From Candidatus Multivorans sp. (GTDB taxonomy: Bacteria > Acidobacteriota > Thermoanaerobaculia > Multivoradales > Multivoraceae): DNA of 64,000 nucleotides. The stretch is taken from positions 3,296,001-3,360,000 of the forward strand of contig OZ245033.1 in the NCBI GenBank assembly GCA_965224025.1, given 5' to 3'. The position numbers and the translations under genes are program-made. Positions 19,878 through 30,454 of the stretch are shown here, one piece after another. Below the pieces are notes generated by a model. The model worked only from the letters and a program-made list of their open reading frames with translations. It was not told the origin of the DNA and did no database searches. Positions within the stretch are counted from its first letter, which is position 1. Each line of letters begins with the position of its first letter.

Positions 19878-22825
19878 TCGAGCGAAGTGTTCTTCCGATG
19901 TCCCGCAGACCGGGCTTGTCCCGGGTGGCGGTGAACACCGCGCTGCTTACCGCCTGGGTGTGTTCGCTTGGGCTCGGCGCCGCCGTCGCGCGGCAGGAAG
20001 CGGCGGAGGTCGGCGGCGACTGGACCTACGAGCTGACCGAGGTCCTGCCCCAGGATCCGGCGGTGCTGACCGGTCAACTGGAGAACGGTCTTCGCTACTA
20101 CGTGCGCAGCAACGGCCGGCCTGAGAACCGGGCCTTTCTGCGACTGGTCGTGCGCGCCGGTTCGGTGCTCGAGGACGACGATCAGCGCGGTCTGGCGCAC
20201 TTCGTCGAGCACATGGCGTTCAACGGCACCAGGAACTTCGAGAAGACCGAGCTGCTCGACTATCTGCAGGGCATCGGCATGCGTTTCGGGCCGGACGTCA
20301 ACGCTTACACGAGCTTCGACGAGACGGTCTACATGCTCGAGGTGCCGACCGATGACCCGAGAATCCTCGACAAGGCGCTCCTGGTGCTCGAGGACTGGGC
20401 GTCCGGCGTCAGCCTGGAGGACGAGGAGATCGAGAGCGAGCGCGCGGTCGTGATCGAGGAATGGCGGGGAGGCCGGGGCGCCGGCGCGCGGCTGCGCGAT
20501 GCCGAGATTCCGTACCGCTTCCACGGCTCGCGCTACGCCGAGCGGTTGCCGATCGGCGACCCGGAGATGCTGCGAGAAGCGCCGCCGGAGCGGCTGCGGG
20601 ACTTCTACCGCGACTGGTACCGGCCGGATTTGATGGCGGTGATTGCGGTCGGCGACTTCGACGCGGCGGCGATTGAGGCGGAGGTGCGCCAGCGCTTCGG
20701 GACGCTCAAGGGGCCGGATCGGCCGCGGGAGCGGTTCGAGGCGGAGATTCCCTCCCACGAGGAGACGCTGGTGTCGATCTTCAGCGATCCCGAACTGCCG
20801 CGCTCCTCGATCTCGGTCGCCTACAAGGGCCCTGCGGATCCGTTCGTCACCGTCGCCGATTACCGCGCGCGGCTGGTCCGCGGCCTCTACAACGGGATGC
20901 TGAACAACCGGCTCGCCGAGCGGGCCGAGGAGGCCGATCCGCCGTTCATCGGCGCCACCAGCGGCAGGGGAACGCTGGCCCGGACCCGCAGCCTCTACGT
21001 GCTCTCAGCCGGCGCCCGCGAGGGCGGCGCGGTGCGGGCGCTCGAAGCCGTACTGACCGAGTCGGAGCGGGCCCGCCGCCACGGTTTTGAAGAGAGTGAA
21101 CTGGAACGGGCGAAGGTCAACACGCTGCGGTCGATGGACCGGGCCTACGACGAGCGCGACAAGACACATTCGGGGGCCTACGCCGGTGAGTACTCGCGGA
21201 ACTTCCTGACCGATGAGCCGTTTCCGGGCATCGCCTACGAACGGGAACTGGCGCGGCGGTACGTGCCCGAAGTCGAGCTGGCCGAAGTGAACGCGGCCGC
21301 GGACTCCTGGATACACGACAACGACCGCGTGATCCTTGCCAGCGGCCCGGAGAAGGAGGGCCTCGAGCAGCCCAAGGAGGAGGAGCTGCTGGACGCCTTC
21401 GACCGGGTCGAACAGGTCGAGGTGGCGGCCTACGAAGACGATGTCGGCGAAGGCGCCCTGGTGCCCGTCCGACCGTCACCGGGACGGATCGTCGAGCGGT
21501 TGACGATCGAGGAGCTCGAGGTCACCGAGTGGCGGCTCTCGAACGGCATCCGGGTCGTGCTGCGGCCCAGTGACTTCAAGAACGATGAGATTCTGGTCGC
21601 TTCCTTCAGCCCTGGGGGCATTTCCCTGGTCTCGGACGACGACTGGCTCGAAGCGAACATGGCGACCTCCGTGGCCCAGCTCTCCGGCTTCGGGAACTTC
21701 AGCCTCACCCAGTTGAACAAGGCGCTGGCCGGCAAGGTGGCGCGGGTCGGTCCCGTGATCGGCCCCCTCTTCGAAGGCATCAGCGGTCGGGGCTCGCCCA
21801 AGGATCTGGAGACGCTCTTCGAGCTGATCTACCTCAGTGCGACATCACCCCGCCGCGACGCGGAGGCGTACGAGTCTTTCCTGACCCGCCAGGGCGCCCT
21901 TTTGCGCAACCAGAGCGCGATGCCGAGGTACGCCTTCTTCGAGGCCCTGACGGAGATCGCGACGCAGGCGCACCCGAGGCGCCGCATGATCACCGAGGAG
22001 ATGCTGGCGGAACTCGATCAGGATCGCATCTTCGCGGTCTACGAGGACCGGTTCAGGGACTTCTCCGACTTCACGTTCTTCTTCGCCGGCAGCTTCGAAC
22101 TCGACGCGATCGAACCCCTGGTCGAGACCTGGCTCGGCGGCCTTCCGTCCTCGGGCCGCGAGGAAGCCTGGAGAGACGTCGGCGTGAGGACGCCGGAGGG
22201 GCGCATCGAACGGACTGTGTACAAGGGCCTGGAGGCGCAGAGCCAGGTCGCCCTGGTGCATAGCGGCCCCTTCGAGCAGAGCCAATTGAACCGCTACCGG
22301 CTGAACGCGATGATCTCGCTGCTGCGGGACCTTCTGCGTGAGCGCCTGCGGGAGGAACTCGGCGGCACCTACGGCGCGAACGTGTCCGGAGGCGCGGACA
22401 GGATCCCGGTTTCGACATTTTCGGTCCAGATCAACTTCGGCTGCGATCCCGACCGGGTCGAAGAGATGCTCCAAGCGATCGACGAGGAGATTGCCCGTAT
22501 TCGCACCGACCCGGCCACCGAGGAGGAGATCGCCCAGATCCAGGAGCAGCAGCGGCGGGGCCGCGAGACGGCCAAGGAAACCAACGGCTTCTGGTTGGGG
22601 GTGTTGCAGACCGTGTACCAATTCGGCGAGGAGCCTCTCAGCATCCTGGAGTACGAAGAACTGTTCGACCAGCTCGATGCGGACATGATCCGCGGCGCCG
22701 CCCGCGACTATCTCGGCGGTGCGAACCTGATCCAGGTTCTGCTGATGCCGGAGGCACAGGCAGCGCCGGATGAGGCGGCCGGCGGGGAAGCCGGGGCGCC
22801 GGCCGCGGCGAGGGACGCCGCGTGA
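19874..22825 (+). CDS. M16-family zinc protease (PqqL-like)
   Basis: GLAHFVEHMAFNGT (HxxEH), NAYTSFDETVY, LREELGGTY; ATGA overlap start at 19874. Confidence 0.93.
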   Translation: MIERSVLPMSRRPGLSRVAVNTALLTAWVCSLGLGAAVARQEAAEVGGDWTYELTEVLPQDPAVLTGQLENGLRYYVRSNGRPENRAFLRLVVRAGSVLEDDDQRGLAHFVEHMAFNGTRNFEKTELLDYLQGIGMRFGPDVNAYTSFDETVYMLEVPTDDPRILDKALLVLEDWASGVSLEDEEIESERAVVIEEWRGGRGAGARLRDAEIPYRFHGSRYAERLPIGDPEMLREAPPERLRDFYRDWYRPDLMAVIAVGDFDAAAIEAEVRQRFGTLKGPDRPRERFEAEIPSHEETLVSIFSDPELPRSSISVAYKGPADPFVTVADYRARLVRGLYNGMLNNRLAERAEEADPPFIGATSGRGTLARTRSLYVLSAGAREGGAVRALEAVLTESERARRHGFEESELERAKVNTLRSMDRAYDERDKTHSGAYAGEYSRNFLTDEPFPGIAYERELARRYVPEVELAEVNAAADSWIHDNDRVILASGPEKEGLEQPKEEELLDAFDRVEQVEVAAYEDDVGEGALVPVRPSPGRIVERLTIEELEVTEWRLSNGIRVVLRPSDFKNDEILVASFSPGGISLVSDDDWLEANMATSVAQLSGFGNFSLTQLNKALAGKVARVGPVIGPLFEGISGRGSPKDLETLFELIYLSATSPRRDAEAYESFLTRQGALLRNQSAMPRYAFFEALTEIATQAHPRRRMITEEMLAELDQDRIFAVYEDRFRDFSDFTFFFAGSFELDAIEPLVETWLGGLPSSGREEAWRDVGVRTPEGRIERTVYKGLEAQSQVALVHSGPFEQSQLNRYRLNAMISLLRDLLRERLREELGGTYGANVSGGADRIPVSTFSVQINFGCDPDRVEEMLQAIDEEIARIRTDPATEEEIAQIQEQQRRGRETAKETNGFWLGVLQTVYQFGEEPLSILEYEELFDQLDADMIRGAARDYLGGANLIQVLLMPEAQAAPDEAAGGEAGAPAAARDAA

Positions 22826-24123
22826 GCCGCATCTGCCTGCGGTCCCCGGTTCGATCCCGCCGCGCGGTTCGCGTCCTTTGTGCGTCCCTTTCGATCCTCG
22901 CCGCCGCGGCGGTCGGGGCATCGGAGTGGCCGAACTGGCGGGGCCCCGACCGCAACGGGTACAGCGCCCACACCGGTCTGCCGGTCGAGTGGTCGCACGA
23001 CGGCGAATCGGAGCGGAACATCGTCTGGAAGCTGCCGCTCCCGGATCGCTCGGGCGCCACGCCGATCGTGGTCGGCAAGCGGATCTTCCTCAACGTGGCC
23101 GAGGAGGACGATCTCTCCCTGTGGCTGGTCGACGCGGACTCCGGGGAGGTCGTCTGGCGGCGGCCGATCTCTGGCGGCAACCGGTTCCAGCGCAAGCACA
23201 ACATGTCGTCGCCGTCGCCGGTGACGGACGGCGAGCGGGTCTGGGTGCTGACCGGCACCGGCGCCCTGCAGGCCTACGACATGGGCGGCAACCGGCTCTG
23301 GGCGCGCGAACTCGAACAGGACTACGGCGCCTTCGGCCTGAACCACGGTTACGGCTCCTCGGCGCTGCTGTGGGAGGGTGTGCTCTACGTGCCTGTGCTG
23401 CACGGCATGAAGACGGACGACCCGTCCTACCTGCTGGCGATCGACGCCGATTCGGGCGAGACGATCTGGCGGCAGGAGCGCCCCACGGACGCCCGGATGG
23501 AGTCGCCGGACGCCTACATCACGCCGGCCCTGGTGGAGAGCGGCGACGGCCACGTGCTGGTCTTGAACGGCGGCGACTACGCCACCGGCCACGACCCGGA
23601 GAGCGGCCGCGAGCTGTGGCGGGTGGGAGGCTTCAACCCGAGAGACAGCCCGATGTACCGGGTCGTCGCGTCGCCTGTTTCGGTCGGCGACCTGGTGTTC
23701 GTGCCCACGCGCGTCAATCCGATGAAGGCGCTGCGGCTGGGGGACGGCGGCGAGCCGGAGACGCTGTGGCAGACGGACCGCGGACCGGACGTGCCGACGC
23801 CGGCGACCGACGGCGAGACGCTCTACCTGCTGCGGGACAACGGTCTGCTGTCGCGGCTCGATGCGGTCACGGGTGAGCCGGTCTGGAAGGACCAGCGCCT
23901 GACCCCGGGCACCTACAGCGCGTCCCTCCTGGTGGCCGACGGCAAGGTCTACGCCACCAACGAGGACGGCGTGACAACTGTCGTCCGCGACGGGCCCGAG
24001 TTCGAGATCCTGGCTCGGAACCAGGTCGAGGGCTTCACGCTGTCGTCGCTCGGAGTGGCGCCCGGCAGGCTCTATCTTCGCACGGCGAGCTTCCTGTACT
24101 GCATCGCCGAACCGGGCGGCTGA
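22822..24123 (+). CDS. PQQ-binding-like beta-propeller repeat protein
   Basis: Signal peptide, WPNWRGP, repeated DADSGEVVW/GETIW Trp-docking motifs. Confidence 0.88.
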   Translation: MSRICLRSPVRSRRAVRVLCASLSILAAAAVGASEWPNWRGPDRNGYSAHTGLPVEWSHDGESERNIVWKLPLPDRSGATPIVVGKRIFLNVAEEDDLSLWLVDADSGEVVWRRPISGGNRFQRKHNMSSPSPVTDGERVWVLTGTGALQAYDMGGNRLWARELEQDYGAFGLNHGYGSSALLWEGVLYVPVLHGMKTDDPSYLLAIDADSGETIWRQERPTDARMESPDAYITPALVESGDGHVLVLNGGDYATGHDPESGRELWRVGGFNPRDSPMYRVVASPVSVGDLVFVPTRVNPMKALRLGDGGEPETLWQTDRGPDVPTPATDGETLYLLRDNGLLSRLDAVTGEPVWKDQRLTPGTYSASLLVADGKVYATNEDGVTTVVRDGPEFEILARNQVEGFTLSSLGVAPGRLYLRTASFLYCIAEPGG

Positions 24124-24205
24124 GGACGGCGGCTCGGCGCGGTATCATCGTTGCTTCGCCCGATCCTTCCCATGCGCCGTCAACACCCCTGAGGGGACAC
24201 CGTCG

Positions 24206-25198
24206 ATGAAGATCCGTTCGCTTGCTCCGCTTCCGGCGCTCGTCCTGCTCCTCGCCTGCGGCGGGGGAGGAGGCGGCGAGGGCGACGGCGGTTCCGGGGG
24301 GCCGCAGTTCATCAGCATGGGGACGGCGCCGGTCGGCGGCGCCTTTCCGGTCGTCGGCGGCGCGATCGCCGAGGTTCTTAACGAGAACCGCGGCGAGAAC
24401 GCGTGGAGGGTCCAGCCGCGCGGCACGAAGGGGTCGCAGGAGAACATCCGCCGGCTCGTACGGGGCGAACTGCAGCTCGCGATGTCCAACTCGGCGATCA
24501 GCTATTTCGCGGTTCTCGGGGAGTCGGGGTGGGAGCAGAGCTACGATATCCGCGCGGTTGTAACGCTGGCCCCGAACATCGCGACCTTCATCACCAAGGC
24601 CGACTCGGGCGTCATGAGCATGACCGATCTGGTGGGGCGGCGAGCGATGGTAGGGGTCGCGGGCGCCGGCTTCGAGATGTTCGTTCAACCGCTACTGGCC
24701 GCCCACGGCGTGACCTACGACGACTTCACCCAGGTCTATGGCACGCAGAGCGGCGCGGTCGATATGCTGGGCGACGGTTCGATCGATGCCGCCTTCCTTG
24801 GCGGCGCGGTGCCGACCGGAGCGGTCACCCAGGCCTGCGGCACCCACGACATCCGCTTCCTCCCCTTCGACGAAGAGAAGCGGCAGCAGCTCGCCAGGGA
24901 CTACCCCTTCTTCCAGCTCGCCGTGATTCCGGCCGACGCCTATTCCGATCTGACGGAGGACTATCCTGGCCTCAACGTCGGTTCGATGCACCTGATCACT
25001 TCCGCCGATGCCGATGAGGAACTGGTCTACGAGATGACGAAGACGATCTGGGAGAACCGTCAGGCGGTGGCCGAGAAGCACCCCGCGGGCCGGGCGATCA
25101 ACGAGAGGAACGCCGCCCGCAACACCGGCACGCCCTTCCATCCGGGGGCCGAGCGCTACTACCGCGAAATCGGCATCTGGCCCGAAGAGGCCGGTTGA
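24206..25198 (+). CDS. TAXI-family TRAP transporter substrate-binding lipoprotein
   Basis: Lipobox LLAC, GTAPVGG, TKGSQEN, PFHPGAERYY. Confidence 0.92.
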   Translation: MKIRSLAPLPALVLLLACGGGGGGEGDGGSGGPQFISMGTAPVGGAFPVVGGAIAEVLNENRGENAWRVQPRGTKGSQENIRRLVRGELQLAMSNSAISYFAVLGESGWEQSYDIRAVVTLAPNIATFITKADSGVMSMTDLVGRRAMVGVAGAGFEMFVQPLLAAHGVTYDDFTQVYGTQSGAVDMLGDGSIDAAFLGGAVPTGAVTQACGTHDIRFLPFDEEKRQQLARDYPFFQLAVIPADAYSDLTEDYPGLNVGSMHLITSADADEELVYEMTKTIWENRQAVAEKHPAGRAINERNAARNTGTPFHPGAERYYREIGIWPEEAG

Positions 25199-27438
25199 GC
25201 GCGCCAGAGCAGCTTCCCGACCCCATCGCCTCGCCCCCTGGGAACGCGGGCGTCTCGCCCGCATCCGCTGGCCCCGCGGAATCGGGTGCCGCTCCTGCGG
25301 GGCTGGAGCGCGTTCGTCGCGCCCTGATCGGCGGGCTGGGGGTCGCGCTGTGCTTCTTCGTCCTGTTCGAGGTCAACTACGGCATCCTGCTGCCGCAGTC
25401 GTCGCTGGCGGTGTTCGTCGGTCTCGGGCTGCTGCTTACCTTCCTTGCCTTTCCGGTACACCGGAAGCTCGCTTCGAACCCCTGGCTTCGAGGGCTGGAC
25501 GTCCTTCTCGGTCTGGCGGCCGCCGCGGCGTGCGCCTACGTCGTGGTGCAGACGGAGCCTGCGTTCGAGCATCTGTGGTCGGGCGGTCGATCCCTCGGCA
25601 ACCGGGCGGGAATCGAGACCGGAGCGGACATCGTCCTCGGCCTGATCGGCCTCCTGCTGGTGCTCGAGGCGGCACGCCGCAGCATCGGCTGGATCGTGCC
25701 GGCGCTGTCGCTGGCCTTCATCGCGCACACGCTGTACTGCTACTACAGCTTCCAGGCCGGCTGGCCCCTGCTGCCGGACTGGCTGTACCCCCATGCCGGC
25801 CAGCACCCGCGGGACGTCGTCGGCACGACCTTTCTGCAGAGCCTGGGAGTCTTCGGTCCTGCCGCTTCGGTCATGTTCCGCTACGTCTTCCTGTTCGTCG
25901 TCTTCGGGGCTTTCCTCGAGATGTCGGGAGCGACCCAGTTCATCATGCGGTTCGCGGAACGGGCATTCGGGACGAAACCCGGCGGGCCGGCGAAGGTGGC
26001 GGTCCTCAGCAGCGGCCTGCTGGGCTCCCTCTCCGGCAGCGCGGTCGCGAACGCCGTGACCACCGGGGCCTTCACGATCCCGATGATGCGCAGCAACGGC
26101 TTCAAGCGCCACGTGGCGGCCGCGGTGGAGGCCGCCGCCGCTTCCGGAGGCGCTCTGGTACCGCCGGTCATGGGCGCCGGCGCCTACATGATGCTCGAGA
26201 TCGTCGAGCCCCAGGTCACCTTCCTGCAGATCGTGCAGGCGGCGCTGTTGCCCGCCGTTCTCTTCTACCTGTCCATCTTCCTGATCGTCCACTTCTACTC
26301 GAGGCGGATCGGGACGCCTGAGCGCGAGGGCGAACCGCCTCCGGTTCGGCGGTTCGACGCCCTGGTCTTCGTCTCCGCGCTGGGCGCGCTGATTCTTCTC
26401 CTGCTGCTGCGGTTCTCACCCTTCCGCGCGGTGACGGGCGCCTTGATCGTGATCCTGATCCTGGCCGTGATGCGGAGGGAGATCGAGCTGCCCCAAAGGC
26501 TCCGGTACCTGGCGCTCGGCTGCTTCGGAGCGGTGGCTCTTCTTCACCAGTTGCTCTGGGCCGATACGCCGGCCGGACCGTCCTTCCGGCAGGTCTTCGA
26601 ATCCTGGCTGTCGTCGGGCATCGTGGCGATGCTGGGCTTGCTCGTTTTCGGACTGATCCACCACGCCTGGCGCCCACACATCCTGGGCGCGCTGACCCGA
26701 GCCGCCCGCAACGGGATTCCCTTGGTCGCGGCGAGCGCATGTGTCGGGACGATCATCGGCATCGTCCAGCAGACGGGAATCGCGACCGACTTCAGCGCTT
26801 CGATCAAGGCGGTCGTCGCCACGAACCTCTTCCTGGCCCTGCTCGGGATCATGGTCACCTCGCTCGTTCTCGGCATGGGCGTGCCCTCGGTCGTCTGCTA
26901 TCTGTTGATGGCGACCCTGATGGGCTCCCTGCTCTCGGAGTTGGGCGTCATCCCGCTGGCCGCCCATCTCTTCATCTTCTACTTCGGCATGATGTCCATG
27001 GTCACGCCGCCGGTGGCGCTTGCCGCCTACGCGAGTTCCAGCCTGGCTCAGGCCCCGGTCATGCCCACGGCGCTGGCGGCTTTCCGCTTCGCCCTGGTCG
27101 GGTTCACGCTGCCCTTCATGTTCGTGTACCGGCCGTCCCTGCTGCTGATGGACGAGAACGGGGGGAGCCTCTTCGCCGCCGGGGCCGCCGGTCTGCCGCC
27201 CCTCGTGCTCGCGCTGGGGGCGGCGGTCGTCGGCATCTTCGCGCTTGCCGCCGGCATCGGCGGCTACCTGCGCGCTGAACTCAGCATGCCGCTGCGAGTC
27301 CTGATGCTGGTTGCGGCGGCCCTGCTTCTGGTTCCCGACCTGGGCGGCCCGACCCTGGGAGTCGCGGTGAACGGCCTCGGCGCCGTGATGTTCGCAGCGC
27401 TGGCGGTGTTGAACCGCCCGGCGATGGTTCGGGCCTAA
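25195..27438 (+). CDS. TRAP transporter fused 4TM/12TM permease
   Basis: GGPAKVAV, SGSAVANAVTTG, EAAAASGG, PPVMGAGA, AAHLFIFYFG, TPPVALAAY. Confidence 0.93.
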   Translation: MSAPEQLPDPIASPPGNAGVSPASAGPAESGAAPAGLERVRRALIGGLGVALCFFVLFEVNYGILLPQSSLAVFVGLGLLLTFLAFPVHRKLASNPWLRGLDVLLGLAAAAACAYVVVQTEPAFEHLWSGGRSLGNRAGIETGADIVLGLIGLLLVLEAARRSIGWIVPALSLAFIAHTLYCYYSFQAGWPLLPDWLYPHAGQHPRDVVGTTFLQSLGVFGPAASVMFRYVFLFVVFGAFLEMSGATQFIMRFAERAFGTKPGGPAKVAVLSSGLLGSLSGSAVANAVTTGAFTIPMMRSNGFKRHVAAAVEAAAASGGALVPPVMGAGAYMMLEIVEPQVTFLQIVQAALLPAVLFYLSIFLIVHFYSRRIGTPEREGEPPPVRRFDALVFVSALGALILLLLLRFSPFRAVTGALIVILILAVMRREIELPQRLRYLALGCFGAVALLHQLLWADTPAGPSFRQVFESWLSSGIVAMLGLLVFGLIHHAWRPHILGALTRAARNGIPLVAASACVGTIIGIVQQTGIATDFSASIKAVVATNLFLALLGIMVTSLVLGMGVPSVVCYLLMATLMGSLLSELGVIPLAAHLFIFYFGMMSMVTPPVALAAYASSSLAQAPVMPTALAAFRFALVGFTLPFMFVYRPSLLLMDENGGSLFAAGAAGLPPLVLALGAAVVGIFALAAGIGGYLRAELSMPLRVLMLVAAALLLVPDLGGPTLGVAVNGLGAVMFAALAVLNRPAMVRA

Positions 27439-27492
27439 CCGGACCAGTAGGTCGCATATACTGGGAAAGGCTGGCCGTCCGGTCGGGAGGGC

Positions 27493-27930
27493 CTACTGCA
27501 GGTGGGCTACTTCGATGTCGCCCCAGTGTTCATGCAGGTACTCCGCGACCAGGCGGCGGTGGCAGTGGTGAGGTTCGTGCTCGCTGCACAGGAGACAGCC
27601 GTCCGAGATGATCTCTCTCGTCACGGTTTCTTCGATGCGGCGCTCGCGCATCAGCTTACGGAAGCGGATCTCGTAGGTCTCCCAGTCGCCGCGACGCTTC
27701 TTGTAGTCGTCGAGGATGTCCTTCGTGGGGGCGAGTTCCGGGACGTGGATGTACTCCATGCCGCAGATCTCGCGCAGGAAGTAGGCAAGGTCGTCTCGCT
27801 TGGCGAAACCGGCGAGCTGGGACACGTTGTGGAGCCGCACGTCGACGACCCTCTTGGCGCCGGAGGTGCGCAAGAGGCTGAAGAAGCGGGATGCCGGCTT
27901 CTTCGTGAAGCCGATTGTGCAGAGTCTCAT
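27493..27930 (-). CDS. DUF488 family protein
   Basis: TIGFTKK, DVRLHNVSQLAGFAK, CLLCSE..HCHRRLVAEYL. Confidence 0.88.
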   Translation of the reverse strand: MRLCTIGFTKKPASRFFSLLRTSGAKRVVDVRLHNVSQLAGFAKRDDLAYFLREICGMEYIHVPELAPTKDILDDYKKRRGDWETYEIRFRKLMRERRIEETVTREIISDGCLLCSEHEPHHCHRRLVAEYLHEHWGDIEVAHLQ

Positions 27931-28128
27931 CAGCGTCTCGATTCGTGTTCAGTAGGCTGATCGGAGGATGCGCTTCACATGCGGCATCGGTCGATTATGC
28001 GTCGAGACCCGCCCGAACCAAGAAAGGGTGGCCTCACGTCCTTAGGGCATTGACCACGGAAAGGCCCACGCCTGGTAACCTGCTCGACGTCACTTAGTCC
28101 ACGGCGGGGCTGTGGAGCGCCGGTTCAG

Positions 28129-29436
28129 CTAAGTCGGCTCGAACCTGAACCGGTTCGCCTTCAGTTCGTAGCGGGGCAGGGCGCCGGGCGCGGCGGTGCG
28201 CACCGGCACCCGCAGGCTGAGACGCTCCTCGAACAGTTCCTGGAGCCGGATACGGACAGCGCCTGTGTCGCGTCCCGGCTCGGGTTCGACTTCCAGCTCG
28301 ACTTCGGCCATCTGCCGGTGCCGCCGCACCGTGGCGCGGTACTCGACGATGCCGCCGGCTTCCCGGATCAACGCGTCAACCGCGTTCGGGTAGACGTTGA
28401 CGCCGCGGACGATGAACATGTCGTCGGTGCGTGCGAGGACGCCGCCGGGAAGAAACACGGTAGGCCGGCCGCAGGGGCACCCGGCGGCGCAGAGCCGGGC
28501 CACGTCGCCCGTGCGGTAGCGGACGGCGGGGCTGCCGATCCGGCCCAGGTTGGTCAGTACGAGTTCGCCGAGGACTGGGTCCTCATGCGCGTGCGATTCG
28601 GGATCGAGCGGCTCGATCAGTTCGCCGGTGGACCGGTCGAGCCACTCGACGACGAACTCCTCCTCGTGGATGTGAAGGTGTTCGGCGACGCCGCAGGGAA
28701 TGCCCCAGGCGCCGACCTCCGTGGCGCCGGCGTGGTCGAAGACCTGGGCGCCGAATCCCTCGGCGAGTTGGCGTTTGACTGCCGGGACGCCCGCGCCCGG
28801 TTCGCCGGCGTGGACCGTTCGCTGGACGGTGCCGCCGGCGATGTCGACGTCGAGGCCGGACGCGACCTCCAGCAGGCGCAGGGCGTAGGTCGGTGTCGAC
28901 AGCAGCACCGTGGCCTCGTCCTCGACGATCATCTGCAACCGCTGCTCGGTGCTGAGGTGGCCTCCCGGCATGACCAGGCAGCCAAGCTGCTGTGCGGCTT
29001 CAAACGCGGTCCAGAAGCCGATGAAGGGACCGAAGCCGAAGGCGGTGAAGACCCGGTCGGCGGGCGTGACGCCGGCGCCGTCGTAGACCGCGAGCCAGCA
29101 GTCGAGGAACCACTGCCAGCTCGCCGGCGTGTCGAGCCAGCGGAGCGGTTGGCCGGTCGTGCCCGAAGTCCGGTGGACGCGGACGTAGCGATCGAGCGGG
29201 AAAGTGAGGTTGGTGCCCCAGGGCGAGCTGGTGTCCTGGTCGGCGGCGAGTTCGTCCTTGGTGGTGAACGGCAGCTCCGTCAAATCGTCCAGTGTGGGCG
29301 GGCGGTCGAATCCGACGCTCCGCCACTTCGCCCGGTAGAAGGGGTTGTGGACGTGGACCTGCTCCGCCATGCGGCCGAAGCGGTCCGCCTGTCGCGCCCG
29401 GAGCCGCTGGCGTCGCCGCGCCAGCCGGTCGGTCAA
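28129..29436 (-). CDS. Phenylacetate-CoA ligase (PaaK/AMP-binding) family protein
   Basis: LPFTTK, TSGTTG, AGEPG, RYRTGD, RTDDMFIVRGVNVYP. Confidence 0.88.
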   Translation of the reverse strand: MTDRLARRRQRLRARQADRFGRMAEQVHVHNPFYRAKWRSVGFDRPPTLDDLTELPFTTKDELAADQDTSSPWGTNLTFPLDRYVRVHRTSGTTGQPLRWLDTPASWQWFLDCWLAVYDGAGVTPADRVFTAFGFGPFIGFWTAFEAAQQLGCLVMPGGHLSTEQRLQMIVEDEATVLLSTPTYALRLLEVASGLDVDIAGGTVQRTVHAGEPGAGVPAVKRQLAEGFGAQVFDHAGATEVGAWGIPCGVAEHLHIHEEEFVVEWLDRSTGELIEPLDPESHAHEDPVLGELVLTNLGRIGSPAVRYRTGDVARLCAAGCPCGRPTVFLPGGVLARTDDMFIVRGVNVYPNAVDALIREAGGIVEYRATVRRHRQMAEVELEVEPEPGRDTGAVRIRLQELFEERLSLRVPVRTAAPGALPRYELKANRFRFEPT

Positions 29437-30260
29437 TTCCGTTCTTCCTCGGTCACACCCTGCGAAGGCTCGAGGGCAGGCGCCGGCGACGCCGGCAGAC
29501 TGTCGAACTCGTCGCGGAAACGGACCTCGATCCGGTACCCGTCCACGTCCTCGCCGAACTGCGAGAGCAGGAACGTGCGCACGAAATCGGCCGTCTTGCG
29601 GCGTCCCAGTTCGCGCACCAGAGCGATGTTCTCGCCGGCGCGGGCGGCCAACTGGTCCGTGATGCGAAGACGAAGCTGTTCCAGCACCGCGTCCTCATCT
29701 CGAAGGACCGAATCCGCCTGCACCCGGTACTCGATGGCCGAGGCGTCCACCGCCGGCCGGTTCGTACGCACCCCGGGCGCCAGCACATGGACCGTCGTTC
29801 CCTCGAGGGTCAGCGACCACTCGTCCTCGAGGTCGAGGTAGTAGGTGTAGCGGACCGGAACCCGCGCCTCGACCATCACGTCCGGGAGCCTCAACCGTCC
29901 CCATAGCAGGCTGGCCGAGTCCGTGCGCTGCAGCACCTCGGTCTGGTCGAGAGTCGCGAACTGGAGGAAGGCGCTGCCGGAGATCTCGGTCGCGTAGCTC
30001 AGGAACGAGGTCTGGACGGTGCCGGTGCTGAAGGCCTGCGCGATCCGCTCCACGCCCGCGATCGCATCCCGAGCGAGTTCACGGCCGTCCTCCACCAGGT
30101 CACTGGGCACCTGGGTCAATCGGATGATGACGAAGCCGATCACGATCACCACGACCAACCCCAGGGTCAGCGTCACGAACGCGAGCGGCCACAGAACCTG
30201 GCTGCGGGAGCGTCCTGAACCGGGTCTACGCTCGCGTGGCTCCTGGACCCCTTCACTCAT
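29433..30260 (-). CDS. Membrane-anchored DUF4230-like protein
   Basis: Single N-terminal TM, VPVRYTYYLDL..W motif; coupled to the downstream ligase. Confidence 0.6.
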   Translation of the reverse strand: MSEGVQEPRERRPGSGRSRSQVLWPLAFVTLTLGLVVVIVIGFVIIRLTQVPSDLVEDGRELARDAIAGVERIAQAFSTGTVQTSFLSYATEISGSAFLQFATLDQTEVLQRTDSASLLWGRLRLPDVMVEARVPVRYTYYLDLEDEWSLTLEGTTVHVLAPGVRTNRPAVDASAIEYRVQADSVLRDEDAVLEQLRLRITDQLAARAGENIALVRELGRRKTADFVRTFLLSQFGEDVDGYRIEVRFRDEFDSLPASPAPALEPSQGVTEEERN

Positions 30261-30280
30261 AGCCGCAGTCTATGTCCGAC

Positions 30281-30389
30281 CTGCCAGGAGCTTGCACCGC
30301 AGAAACGCAACGGAGTAAGTTTCGCGGCGCAAACTCATGGCGAGGTGGGGGCTGGGGCCAAACACGGAGCTCGCGCCGGGTTTGGCGGC
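30281..30389 (+). repeat. ~110-bp structured intergenic repeat, copy 1
   Basis: About 94/110 identical by hand alignment to the reverse complement of 39148-39257; two hairpins and an invariant core GAGGTGGGGGCTGGGGCCAAACACGGAGC. Confidence 0.9.
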
Positions 30390-30454
30390 TCTAGCCTCGC
30401 GCGCGTTTTCCTCCAGGAATTGACAGAGACACTCAGGAGATTGGAGACCGGACC

